Below, piece after piece: positions 8,720 to 17,184 of a stretch of DNA of 51,868 bases (within the stretch, counting starts at the first letter, position 1; each line of letters opens with the position of its first letter). The stretch is taken from positions 1 through 51,868 of the forward strand of contig JAYUGC010000167.1 in assembly GCA_043767805.1 (NCBI GenBank), given 5' to 3'. The position numbers and the translations under genes are program-made. The DNA is from Pseudomonadota bacterium. Lineage in GTDB: Bacteria; Bdellovibrionota; FAC87; UBA2466. The notes under the pieces were generated by a model. That model had not been told where the DNA came from. It did no database searches and saw only the letters and a program-made list of their open reading frames with translations.

Positions 8720-9997
8720 GTGGAAGAAACACTTTTCAGCGCCAGCGCAGCCCTTGACGAGTCGCCCCTCGCCCAGCAGATGCGGCCCGTCGAGCTCTCC
8801 GACGTCATCGGCCAGAAACATTTTCTAAACGAGCGCTTCGAAAAACTGATCCGCTCCGATCGCTGGGCCGGCCTCATCTTCTGGGGCCCGCCGGGAACGG
8901 GAAAAACGACGCTCGCTTCCGTCATCGCGCGTCTCACCAAGCGCCCCTTCGACATGCTTTCCGCGGTGACGAGCGGCGTGAAAGACATCAAGGAGGTTTT
9001 GGAGAGATCCAAAGGCGAGGTTCGCGTCGGCAGGCCAGCGCGCATTCTCTTCATCGACGAAGTGCACCGTCTCAATAAAGCCCAGCAAGACGTGCTTCTG
9101 CCTTTTCTCGAAGAAGGCTCCATCCGCTTCATCGGGGCGACCACCGAAAACCCGAGCTTCGAGATCAATAACGCCATTGCGTCCCGAAGCGTGATCTTTC
9201 GCTTTAACTCCCTAACCCCCGAGGAGCTTCGCGAAGTGCTCGACAAGGCGGCCTTAAAACTTGGCCGCGCCATCGAGCCGATCGTTTTGGAAAGAATCGC
9301 GAACGCGTCTTTGGGAGACGCTCGACGAGCGCTCACGCTCCTCGAGCACATCAATCTCTCGAGCCATCCTCCCGCACCTCTCACCGAAAAAGATTTCGAA
9401 GATCTCACTCACGCGCAGTCGCTCTATTACGACAAGAAGAGTGAGTCGCATTACGACACCATCTCCGCATTCATCAAGAGCGTACGGGCGAGCCGCCCCG
9501 ACGCCGCCGTCTATTATTTGGCTCGCATGATCGAAGGCGGAGAAGACCCGCTCTTAATCGCGCGACGGCTCATGATTCTCGCCGCGGAAGACATCGGTAA
9601 CGCCAATCCCATGGGACTCGTGCACGCGACGTCCGCTTTTCAAGCCGTTCACGCCATGGGAATGCCGGAAGCCCGCATCGTGCTATCGCAAGCAACGATT
9701 TACCTGGCGTGCAGTGAAAAGAGTAACCGCTCTTATGTCGCCATCGAGGACGCGCTCGCCGAAGTCAGAAAGAGCGGTAACCTCGACGTGCCCATGGCGA
9801 TCCGCAACGCCGCAACTAAAATGATGAAGGAATGGGGTTACGGAAAAGGTTACGACTACCCTCACAAGCATGAGGACGGCCGCACTTCCGTCGAGTACTT
9901 ACCCGAGAAGCTAAAAGGAAAACGTTTCTACGAGCCGAGCCAACACGGCACGGAAGCTCGCTTCGCCGAGTTCCTAAAACGCCACCGCGACGAATAG
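8720..9997 (+). CDS. rarA: Replication-associated recombination protein A (AAA+ ATPase)
   Basis: MRP, WGPPGTGKTT, FIDEVHR, GATTENP, HYDTISAFIKS, AEDIGNA. Confidence 0.95.
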   Translation: MEETLFSASAALDESPLAQQMRPVELSDVIGQKHFLNERFEKLIRSDRWAGLIFWGPPGTGKTTLASVIARLTKRPFDMLSAVTSGVKDIKEVLERSKGEVRVGRPARILFIDEVHRLNKAQQDVLLPFLEEGSIRFIGATTENPSFEINNAIASRSVIFRFNSLTPEELREVLDKAALKLGRAIEPIVLERIANASLGDARRALTLLEHINLSSHPPAPLTEKDFEDLTHAQSLYYDKKSESHYDTISAFIKSVRASRPDAAVYYLARMIEGGEDPLLIARRLMILAAEDIGNANPMGLVHATSAFQAVHAMGMPEARIVLSQATIYLACSEKSNRSYVAIEDALAEVRKSGNLDVPMAIRNAATKMMKEWGYGKGYDYPHKHEDGRTSVEYLPEKLKGKRFYEPSQHGTEARFAEFLKRHRDE

Positions 9998-9998
9998 C

Positions 9999-10418
9999 CT
10001 ACTTAACGATCGTGCACTTGAAGCCGCGGCCTTCGGGATTGGGCCGGATGATCGCATGGCTGCAACGAACTTCCGAAACGCGGAGGTCGGTGCCGAAGCC
10101 GTGGCGCTTTGCCAAGACGCCGGCCTTATGAAGGGCGGTGAAGATATCGAAAGCTAGATTGCCGACCGGATGAATCTGGTGGCCCCTGGCGTTCTGATCG
10201 AAGCCGTCGCACTGAGCCCAGATGAAGCCTTTCGGCGCCTGCTCGCACTGGAGGGATTTCACGTAAACATTGTTCGCGCCGACCAGGACGCGAGCGGAAA
10301 CGCCCGCGCTGACCAGGGCCTGGTACAAGTCCCGGGCCTTGGTGTTGGTGACGAAGATGGAATCGTCAGCAAAACTCATCGTGCCGAACATCAAGAGAGC
10401 CAAAGTGAGCTGTTTCAT
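9999..10418 (-). CDS. Small secreted hypothetical protein with internal two-fold repeat
   Basis: Signal peptide (SFA|DD), GGGGGA RBS, upstream TTGACG-N18-TAGATC, two similar 2-Cys halves. Confidence 0.8.
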   Translation of the reverse strand: MKQLTLALLMFGTMSFADDSIFVTNTKARDLYQALVSAGVSARVLVGANNVYVKSLQCEQAPKGFIWAQCDGFDQNARGHQIHPVGNLAFDIFTALHKAGVLAKRHGFGTDLRVSEVRCSHAIIRPNPEGRGFKCTIVK

Positions 10419-10475
10419 AAATCCCCCTATGAGAAGATGGGATCTACGCTCGCTCGGTGGAACCCGTCAAGACGG

Positions 10476-11084
10476 TTACATGAAGAGACGGAAGCCGACT
10501 GTCCCGTATAGGTTCACGAGCGGGTTCGGCTTGTCGATATCGACCGCATAGCCGAAAGCCTCGACCTCGAATGCGAAGGAGGTGCCCACGTTGACGCGGA
10601 ATCCCAAACCTAAGTTGCCGGAGATACCCGTCTGTTTGGGCTCGAGGCTATAGGTCGAATCCGTCACGCCGGCTAAGGTGAAATAGTAGCTGCGGGTGGT
10701 GGTCAGATACCCGGCTCCGACGAAAATGAAGGGCTGAAAGGCGCTCTTCTTTCCCAAGATGTCGATGTCCAAGCCAACACTGTAGATGGTGGTTTGGGTC
10801 TTGATGTCGTTTAGCGTACCGACGGCGGTGGCGCCGACGATTTCGAGCTTGTTCTGGAGGCTGCTGACATTGGTGAAGCGGGCCTCGAGGCGAACCCGGG
10901 GAATGAGAGTGAACGCCAAGCCGGTGGAGGCCGAGACGCTAATGGTATTCGTGTCAGCGGAGATATTGTTTTTGGAGACGGAACCCTTCGCAAAGATTTC
11001 GAGGACAGCTTCAGCCGGCCGGGCCCCAAAGAGAGCAAACCCCAAGGCGATCCCAGCCAGACGAATAGAAAGGTTCTTGGGCAT
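10476..11084 (-). CDS. Outer-membrane beta-barrel protein (OmpW/OmpA-like 8-strand type)
   Basis: Signal peptide (AEA|V), FQPFIFVGAGY, C-terminal GTVGFRLFM; start at ATG 11084 with GGGAG RBS. Confidence 0.8.
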   Translation of the reverse strand: MPKNLSIRLAGIALGFALFGARPAEAVLEIFAKGSVSKNNISADTNTISVSASTGLAFTLIPRVRLEARFTNVSSLQNKLEIVGATAVGTLNDIKTQTTIYSVGLDIDILGKKSAFQPFIFVGAGYLTTTRSYYFTLAGVTDSTYSLEPKQTGISGNLGLGFRVNVGTSFAFEVEAFGYAVDIDKPNPLVNLYGTVGFRLFM

Positions 11085-11250
11085 TCGGAGTCTCCCGGGA
11101 GTTTGACTAGGGTTTGTGGGACTTTGGGCGAAAAGGCAGGTGAAAAGCTTGAATTTCAGTATCTCACCGGCTCGGAGGGGGATCAATCTCCCTTTGGCAA
11201 TCGGAAGAGCCGCGTAGTATAAGATTAGCCCTACGGAGAGGCGATTTTCT

Positions 11251-11550
11251 ATGTCGATGCGCTATATCGTCCGACGGCAAAAGCCCGAGGATCTTTCGGA
11301 AATCAAAAGCCAAATCCCCGACCTCGAGCAAAAGCTCGGGAAGGCGGACAAGGAAATGCGCCGCTTCATTCAGTTCCCCATAAGCTCTGCGCGTTATTTG
11401 AGCTATCAGTTTTTTACCCGGACGGCGGGTACGGCTTCGACGTGGGTTTGCCCCTCGGTGGAGCTCGTGGCGGAAGACGAGAAGGGCTTGTTCGCCCTGA
11501 CCGATATGCTCCAGGTGCCCGTTCCCGAGCACCTGAAGCACCTTCGATAA
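11251..11550 (+). CDS. Hypothetical protein (99 aa)
   Basis: GGAGAGG RBS, fills the gap between opposite-strand genes, plausible composition. Confidence 0.7.
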   Translation: MSMRYIVRRQKPEDLSEIKSQIPDLEQKLGKADKEMRRFIQFPISSARYLSYQFFTRTAGTASTWVCPSVELVAEDEKGLFALTDMLQVPVPEHLKHLR

Positions 11551-11553
11551 GAT

Positions 11554-12093
11554 CTATTTCGCCGTTACTTTGACCATCTTGTCGCCGACTTTGATCTTCT
11601 TCACGGCGTCCATGCCCTTCGTCACCTGACCGAACACCGTGTACTGGTTGTCCAGGTGCGGGTGGATGCCGAGGGAAATGTAAAATTGGCTGTCCGCGGA
11701 GTTGGGATCCATGGTGCGAGCCATGGCGAGGGTGCCTTCCACATGCTTGTGGGAGTTGAACTCGGCCGGAAGCTTTTGGCCCGAGCCGCCCGTTCCGTCG
11801 CCCTTGGGATCGCCGCCTTGAACGACGAAACCCGGCACTACGCGGTGAAATTTCAAGCCGTCGTAATAGCCCTTGCCAACTAATTCGAGAATGCGAGCGA
11901 CGGTCTTGGGAGCATCGTTAGCAAAGAGCTCTGCTTCCACGGTTCCGTACGTCGTTTCGATGATCAACATTTTTGCTCCCCCAGCTTTCTCGGCGCCTGC
12001 TTTCTTGGCGGCCTTCGTTTTTGCAAAGGATACGGGCGCAACCAAGAGCGCCAACAGGATCCAAATGGTTTTCAGAGTTTGATTGCGATTCAT
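11554..12093 (-). CDS. Cyclophilin-type peptidyl-prolyl isomerase, exported
   Basis: APKT, YYDGLKFHRVVPGFVVQGGDP, AMAR, SQFYI, YTVFGQV; signal peptide. Confidence 0.95.
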   Translation of the reverse strand: MNRNQTLKTIWILLALLVAPVSFAKTKAAKKAGAEKAGGAKMLIIETTYGTVEAELFANDAPKTVARILELVGKGYYDGLKFHRVVPGFVVQGGDPKGDGTGGSGQKLPAEFNSHKHVEGTLAMARTMDPNSADSQFYISLGIHPHLDNQYTVFGQVTKGMDAVKKIKVGDKMVKVTAK

Positions 12094-12114
12094 AAAATTC
12101 TCCCTGATTGGGGT

Positions 12115-12143
12115 ACGTTAGGTGTCCTCGCCGACAAAGGCAA
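12115..12143 (-). promoter_or_regulatory. Sigma70-type promoter for the cyclophilin gene
   Basis: TTGCCT-N17-TAACGT followed by GGGAG RBS. Confidence 0.5.
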
Positions 12144-12197
12144 CAGCCGGAAGAGGGAAAGGGAACGGCCGGTCACTGGACCCGGGACTTCCCCGTC

Positions 12198-13352
12198 TTA
12201 TCCCAACGCTTTGTGGAAATCGGCGATTAGGTCGGCGGTGTCCTCTAGTCCCACCGAAACACGGACCAAGCTGTCTTTTAGGCCGAGCTTGGCACGCGCC
12301 TCGGCTCCCATGCCGGAATGAGACGTGGTCGAGGGACGGGTTACCAGACTTTCCACGCCACCGAGGCTGGGCGCCAAAGCCACGAAGCGGAGCGCGGCCA
12401 AGCCGGCATCGAGCGCTTTCAGGTCGCCGGAATATTCGAAAGACAGCATGCCGCCGAAACCGCGAAACCACTCTTTGGCGCGCGCGTGGTGCGGATGCGA
12501 CGTAAGACCGGGATAAATGACCCGGGCCACTTTCGGATGTTTTTCCAGCGCCATCGCAAGCCTCAAGGCCGAAGCGTTCTGCGCCCTCACCCGCACGCCC
12601 AAGGTCTTCATGCCGCGGTTGAGCAGAAAACAAGAATTGGCGTCGAGAGAGCCGCCCATATGATTAAGATAAGAGCGGACGGCGTTTACCTGCGAGCGTT
12701 TCCCCGCCACCGCGCCGGCGATCACGTCGGTGTGCCCGTTCAGGTACTTCGTCGCGCTGTGGAGCACGAGATCAAAGCCCATCGACGCGGGCCTGAAATT
12801 CACGGGCGACGGAAACGTGTTGTCGATGAGCGAAACGATTTTCTTGGTGCGAGCAAACGCGACCACCGCCGGCAAATCCGGAATTTCGAGAAGCGGATTG
12901 GAAACGCTCTCCACGTAGACGGCTTTGGTCTTTGGCGTGAAATACTTTTCGAGGTCGCCCACTTTTTGCGTCGGCACAAACGTGACGGTGCGGCCGAGCT
13001 TCGGGAAAAAATCCGTGAGAAAATGGTGGGTGCCGCCGTAGAGATCCGCTTGAGCCAGCAGATGCTCTCCAGGGCCGACCATCGCGAGCAGTGCAGTAGA
13101 AATCGCGGCCATGCCCGACGCCGTGACTAGACCGGCTTCCGTGCCCTCGAGCGCCGCGATCTTTGTGCCCACCAAATCGTGGTTCGGCGTATTGCTGAGA
13201 CGAGTGTAGCGGACCTCATCGTAGCTCGCCTCTCCCGCATACACATAAGTCGTGGAAGGAAAAATAGGAGGGACGACGGAACCGGAAATTCTCGGGTGGG
13301 GCTCGCCGGCGTGGATGGCTTGGGTGTCTAAGCCTTCGCTTGATTCCTTCAA
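12198..13352 (-). CDS. PLP-dependent Cys/Met metabolism enzyme (cystathionine gamma-synthase/lyase family)
   Basis: YTRLSN, ASGMAA, DNTF, HSATKYLNGHTD, SLGGVESL, RVSVGLE. Confidence 0.93.
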   Translation of the reverse strand: MKESSEGLDTQAIHAGEPHPRISGSVVPPIFPSTTYVYAGEASYDEVRYTRLSNTPNHDLVGTKIAALEGTEAGLVTASGMAAISTALLAMVGPGEHLLAQADLYGGTHHFLTDFFPKLGRTVTFVPTQKVGDLEKYFTPKTKAVYVESVSNPLLEIPDLPAVVAFARTKKIVSLIDNTFPSPVNFRPASMGFDLVLHSATKYLNGHTDVIAGAVAGKRSQVNAVRSYLNHMGGSLDANSCFLLNRGMKTLGVRVRAQNASALRLAMALEKHPKVARVIYPGLTSHPHHARAKEWFRGFGGMLSFEYSGDLKALDAGLAALRFVALAPSLGGVESLVTRPSTTSHSGMGAEARAKLGLKDSLVRVSVGLEDTADLIADFHKALG

Positions 13353-14353
13353 GTAAACCTCTTCGTCGAATAGGGCTCGAGCGAGATTTGCGCGCCTCGG
13401 CCGGCCAAAGCATCAGCCAGTTTCTCCAGAACCGCAAAGAGAAAGTTGGCGCCCCTACCTGAGAATCCACCCACGACGAAAACGCCCGGCTCCTCGGGCA
13501 AAGGGCCAATCAGCGGAAGGCCGTCGCAAGTCAGCGTCGCGATTTGCCGTTTCGGATCGCCCGCGCCTGGCGCGATCCAACCCATTTCGGAAAAGAAGGC
13601 TTGCGTATTTTTCCGGGTCACCTCGTCCGGCTCGTCGTGAAAGCCCACGCCGCGATCGGAATACAGGCTACGGAAACTTCCAATCCTTAGGTTCTTCCCT
13701 TCGCGCACGGCGAAGTCCGCCCCTTGATTAAAGAGAAAGAGACTTCCCTCAGGCACCTTTCCGGCCGGGTACAAAAACGAGCTAAGCGTACAGGCGATCC
13801 ACTTGTCGCCGAGAAACGGGAAAAGCTTCGGACTAAAATTATCTCCGAGCAGACAAACCATCTTCGCACGCTCGCCACCCACTTCGAAATCGAACGGACC
13901 GACTTTTCGAATGCGCCAATCCCAGTTTTCTTTGACGGCGCTCAGTCCCGCCTGCGCCGAAAGATAAGGCTCTAGCACGCTCCGCCGCAAGACTAACCCC
14001 GGCTCTTTGCGGCCGACCCCTCCCTCTCTGGCCCAAATCGTCCCGGCTTCCGACCAAAGCGCGCCCGACGACAGCCCCAGCTCCTGCGCGAGCGCAAAAT
14101 TGCGACGAGACAAAGACCAGAGATTTTCAATCTGAGTCTCGCCAAAAATTTTCTCGGTGGTCTCTCGCCACTCGCCGTTACCCTCGTAGACGAACAGCCC
14201 GTCGGCCCCGTTTTGTTCTTGGGTGGGCAGGACTTTCGCTTTCATTCCGCGCGCCTTTGCTTTGGAAGCGGCCCAAAACGCGGCCCACGCCGGCCCGATG
14301 AAGATGACGTCGGAAATGGCTGAGCTCGAATTTTTCTCGCGGTAACTGCCCAT
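13349..14353 (-). CDS. DAO-family FAD-dependent oxidoreductase-like protein, divergent
   Basis: C-terminal TCDGLPLIGPLP..GGFSGRG is typical; the N-terminal dinucleotide motif is degenerate (IGPAWAA). Confidence 0.7.
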   Translation of the reverse strand: MGSYREKNSSSAISDVIFIGPAWAAFWAASKAKARGMKAKVLPTQEQNGADGLFVYEGNGEWRETTEKIFGETQIENLWSLSRRNFALAQELGLSSGALWSEAGTIWAREGGVGRKEPGLVLRRSVLEPYLSAQAGLSAVKENWDWRIRKVGPFDFEVGGERAKMVCLLGDNFSPKLFPFLGDKWIACTLSSFLYPAGKVPEGSLFLFNQGADFAVREGKNLRIGSFRSLYSDRGVGFHDEPDEVTRKNTQAFFSEMGWIAPGAGDPKRQIATLTCDGLPLIGPLPEEPGVFVVGGFSGRGANFLFAVLEKLADALAGRGAQISLEPYSTKRFT

Positions 14354-14379
14354 ACCCCACTATACAGCGGAGGCGTCGG

Positions 14380-14730
14380 CTACTCCTCAAAAGAATCGGG
14401 GATTTTGACGACGAGTCTGGAAGGCTCTTCCGTAAGCTCGAGCGCGATGAGCTTCGCGCCCACGCAGGGGCCGGCAATGCACACGCCCGTCTCGAGCTCA
14501 TAGAGAGCGCCGTGCATGTGACACTGCAAATGTGTCTTCTCGTGATTGAAAAAGCGCTCGTCATTCAGATCGAGCGTGATCGGAAGATGCTGACACAAAT
14601 TCTGATACGCGTAGTACTTGCCGCCCTTGCGAACGAGGATGCCCTGGAAAACACGGCCCTTCACCTTCGTTTGGAAGCCTTTGGCGGAGTTCTCTGGAAT
14701 TTTCTTGGTGACGACTACCAGAACAGCCAT
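14380..14730 (-). CDS. Rieske [2Fe-2S] ferredoxin
   Basis: CQH...CHMHGA ligand motifs, GxCxxGPC. Confidence 0.92.
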   Translation of the reverse strand: MAVLVVVTKKIPENSAKGFQTKVKGRVFQGILVRKGGKYYAYQNLCQHLPITLDLNDERFFNHEKTHLQCHMHGALYELETGVCIAGPCVGAKLIALELTEEPSRLVVKIPDSFEE

Positions 14731-14740
14731 GGCCGTTATC

Positions 14741-15106
14741 TTAGTGGTGAATCTTCACTCTGCCACGGAAGCCTTCGTCATAGCCGTGGAAGTAGCAAAG
14801 ATCGGATTCGGGAAAGTGCCAGCAGTAGTAGCCTTCGCCGCTATCGAAATCCACGAGCCACATGCCCTTCGCCTGACAGCCGAGCTTTTGGACTTTTTTC
14901 TGCCAGTGGAGAAAAAACTGCTGAATCTCTTTTTCGATCTCGCGTTTTTTCGGGCGATCGCCCACGTAGGCGAGCTGCATGCTCAGGCGCTTCACTTCGG
15001 TCTGGGCGTGATTGGTGATACGGCGGACAATAGGAAGCAAATCCTTCGCCTCTTCGAGGGAAAAGAACCTCTTCTGGTTTATCTCGATTATCGACCCCAT
15101 ACCCAT
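14741..15106 (-). CDS. DUF2203-like protein
   Basis: FSLEEAxxLLP...LVDF...YYCW..E..YFH....GFRGR. Confidence 0.8.
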   Translation of the reverse strand: MGMGSIIEINQKRFFSLEEAKDLLPIVRRITNHAQTEVKRLSMQLAYVGDRPKKREIEKEIQQFFLHWQKKVQKLGCQAKGMWLVDFDSGEGYYCWHFPESDLCYFHGYDEGFRGRVKIHH

Positions 15107-15155
15107 GAACAGGCTCTACTATAGCCGCCGAGAGGGGGTCCGACAAGCTACGGAG

Positions 15156-15821
15156 TTACTCGAAATCGATATAGACCACTGTGACATTGTCGGAGTAGTC
15201 CGCCTTGGCGGCTTCCGTCGTCATGGCCTCGAGGAGTGTTTCGGGTAGGGTGCCGTGCTGCTGGATGAGCTCGATGATGCGGTTCTCGGAAAGTTGTTTG
15301 TAGAGGCCGTCGCTGCAGAGGATGATCTTTTCCCCCGCAATGACCGGAATAGTCTCTTCCTGGATAGTAATAGGGGCTACATCCGGCGAAATACCTAAGT
15401 AGGAAGAAAGTACGGGCGCCTGGATGCTCTCGTCGAAAAGCTCATGGTCTTCGGTGAGCTGTCGCAGGTGATTTTCCGCATAGAGATAGCAGCGCGAGTC
15501 CCCGACGTGACAAAGCTCGACGAAACCCTCGTGCACCCGCACCGACGTGAGGGTCGTTCCCATCAACGCCTCGCCGATGGTGGTCATGGCTTCGTTTAAA
15601 ACCGCTTCCTGCCCTCGAAGGACGGCCTTTTTCAACTGTCCCGGCCCCTCGGCCAGAGTCTTTAAGGAAGTGACTGCGATTTGGCTCGCCACCTCTCCCT
15701 TCATCCCTCCGCCGACACCGTCCGCGACGGCAAAAACCGAACGCTCGGGATAGATCAGGAAGGAATCCTGATTCATCTCTCTGCCGCCGATGACGCTTCT
15801 GCCGTAAACCTTAAATTTCAT
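15156..15821 (-). CDS. PP2C-family Ser/Thr protein phosphatase
   Basis: NQD, VADGVGG, MGTT, HVGDSRCY, LCSDGL, DNVT. Confidence 0.93.
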   Translation of the reverse strand: MKFKVYGRSVIGGREMNQDSFLIYPERSVFAVADGVGGGMKGEVASQIAVTSLKTLAEGPGQLKKAVLRGQEAVLNEAMTTIGEALMGTTLTSVRVHEGFVELCHVGDSRCYLYAENHLRQLTEDHELFDESIQAPVLSSYLGISPDVAPITIQEETIPVIAGEKIILCSDGLYKQLSENRIIELIQQHGTLPETLLEAMTTEAAKADYSDNVTVVYIDFE

Positions 15822-15829
15822 TGCGAGAG

Positions 15830-16093
15830 TTATTCTAGTTCAATTTCGAGTCGCTGAAAGCAACGAATTTGGCAGGACCGGCGCGACCACCACTGATCGC
15901 CCTCTTTTATTTTTACGCGGCAGCTTCCACAAACCCCGAGACCTTGGCAGTTGAGCGTCTTGAAAGTCCCGCGATAAGGGGATACCCCGCTCTCTAAAAG
16001 CAGCTCGCGAAGACTTTGCCCTAGCTTGGCGCGAAGCGAACGAACCTCGCCCCCAACCTTCACTAGAACCTCAATTTGCTGGTTTTCCGACAC
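15830..16093 (-). CDS. Small [2Fe-2S] ferredoxin
   Basis: NCQGLGVCGSCRV...RSCQ; GTG start. Confidence 0.85.
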   Translation of the reverse strand: MSENQQIEVLVKVGGEVRSLRAKLGQSLRELLLESGVSPYRGTFKTLNCQGLGVCGSCRVKIKEGDQWWSRRSCQIRCFQRLEIELE

Positions 16094-16185
16094 TTCGGTA
16101 ACTCACGTACCACGCCCCGGCCCCACTCTCCACAATTAAGGATAAACACTTAATATTAATAATAAATCATCAATTGTGTGGGGGG

Positions 16186-16200
16186 TGTATACCAACTGTG
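16186..16200 (+). promoter_or_regulatory. Putative transcription-factor site TGTATACCAACTGTG abutting a -35 box
   Basis: Identical to 8568-8582; ends 2 bp before TTGCCC. Confidence 0.5.
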
Positions 16201-16202
16201 TA

Positions 16203-16231
16203 TTGCCCATCACAACACGTCGCGTTAGACT
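16203..16231 (+). promoter_or_regulatory. Sigma70-type promoter
   Basis: TTGCCC-N17-TAGACT with AT-rich upstream region. Confidence 0.6.
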
Positions 16232-16237
16232 AAACTT

Positions 16238-16465
16238 AGATTCGCTGGTCCGGCGAAGCTAAAGCCAAAAACTAAAAAGTGGAAAGATGACTTATAGGGA
16301 AGGCGAAAGCTTTCTTAAAACTCATAGGACCAGTCAAAGAGCTGCTACGCACGGGGGCGATGGAAAATTGTTACGGACTAACCCCCGAAACCGGAATCCT
16401 TAGTTGGGAATACCCCTCTCCCAGCTTGTTAAATTTCCGATTTTCCATCGCCCCTTCTCTTTTTC
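16238..16465 (+). ncRNA. Candidate structured non-coding RNA or regulatory leader of unknown family
   Basis: Promoter upstream; stems 16245-51/16327-33, GAAA-tetraloop hairpin ~16297-16316, 17-bp stem 16354-70/16438-54, inner hairpin 16402-09/16419-26, pyrimidine tail. Confidence 0.5.
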
Positions 16466-16503
16466 CTTCCGGATCTTTCTCTCTCGGGTAAATTCCCCCG
16501 GTC

Positions 16504-17184
16504 ATGAATCAACCCCTCGAAATCTGGCTTTCTCTCGACCTCTCCGCGCCGGTGGGCTCCTACGCCCTCCACGAGCGCCGTGAGGACACCCTGCGGCTCC
16601 TTTCCGAGGTGGTGACGGACGGCGGTCCCAATCACACGGAGACTGCGGTGGAGCGGATCACGGAGCTTCTGAAAGAGGCCGGCTTATCTCTCGGGCGCGT
16701 CGATCGCTTTCTGACTCCGCTCGGCCCCGGCTCGTTCACCGGACTGCGCTTGGCGATTTCCACGGTGAAGGCCTTCGCCTTCGCGCTGCAAAAGCCCATC
16801 ACGACTCTCGGCGCTTCCGAAGCGCGTTGGCTCGCGCATGGCTCGAAGACGACGGGCGCGGCCCTCACCCATTCGACGTCCGAAAAATTCGTGGTGTCTC
16901 GCTTCGACGCCCAAAGGCATCCCGGATTTGAAACGGTGGAACGCTTCGACACCATTCCCGCCGAAGTGCCGCTGGTGTTACTCGGAGACGGCAGAATTCC
17001 GCTCGAGAAATTACCCGAAGCCTGGCGCAAGAAAGTGGAAACGTTTCCGCTCCGCGCGCGCCATCTAGCCGAATCGGCGAACCGCGCTTCGACTCGCCGG
17101 GATTACACGAACGCGGGCGAGTGGATCGCCCTTTCGCCCGAGTACCTGGGCACTTCGATCAAGCCTATTTCCGGCGGCGCGTGA
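16504..17184 (+). CDS. tsaB: tRNA threonylcarbamoyladenosine biosynthesis protein TsaB
   Basis: HTE, GPGSFTGLR motif, C-terminal LSPEY. Confidence 0.88.
   Translation: MNQPLEIWLSLDLSAPVGSYALHERREDTLRLLSEVVTDGGPNHTETAVERITELLKEAGLSLGRVDRFLTPLGPGSFTGLRLAISTVKAFAFALQKPITTLGASEARWLAHGSKTTGAALTHSTSEKFVVSRFDAQRHPGFETVERFDTIPAEVPLVLLGDGRIPLEKLPEAWRKKVETFPLRARHLAESANRASTRRDYTNAGEWIALSPEYLGTSIKPISGGA

Noticed and set aside
16098..16113. Sigma54-like TGGTACGTGAGTTAC upstream of the ferredoxin
   Set aside because: The -12 GC is AC, and the implied start would fall inside the gene
16287..16403. 38-codon ORF (MTYREGESFLK...) inside the RNA candidate
   Set aside because: Weak RBS and no recognisable features; cannot be excluded without Ribo-seq
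16353..16454. GGGGGCGA...TCGCCCC ends resembling a tmRNA/tRNA acceptor stem
   Set aside because: No T-arm GTTCRA, no CCA end, and too short for tmRNA
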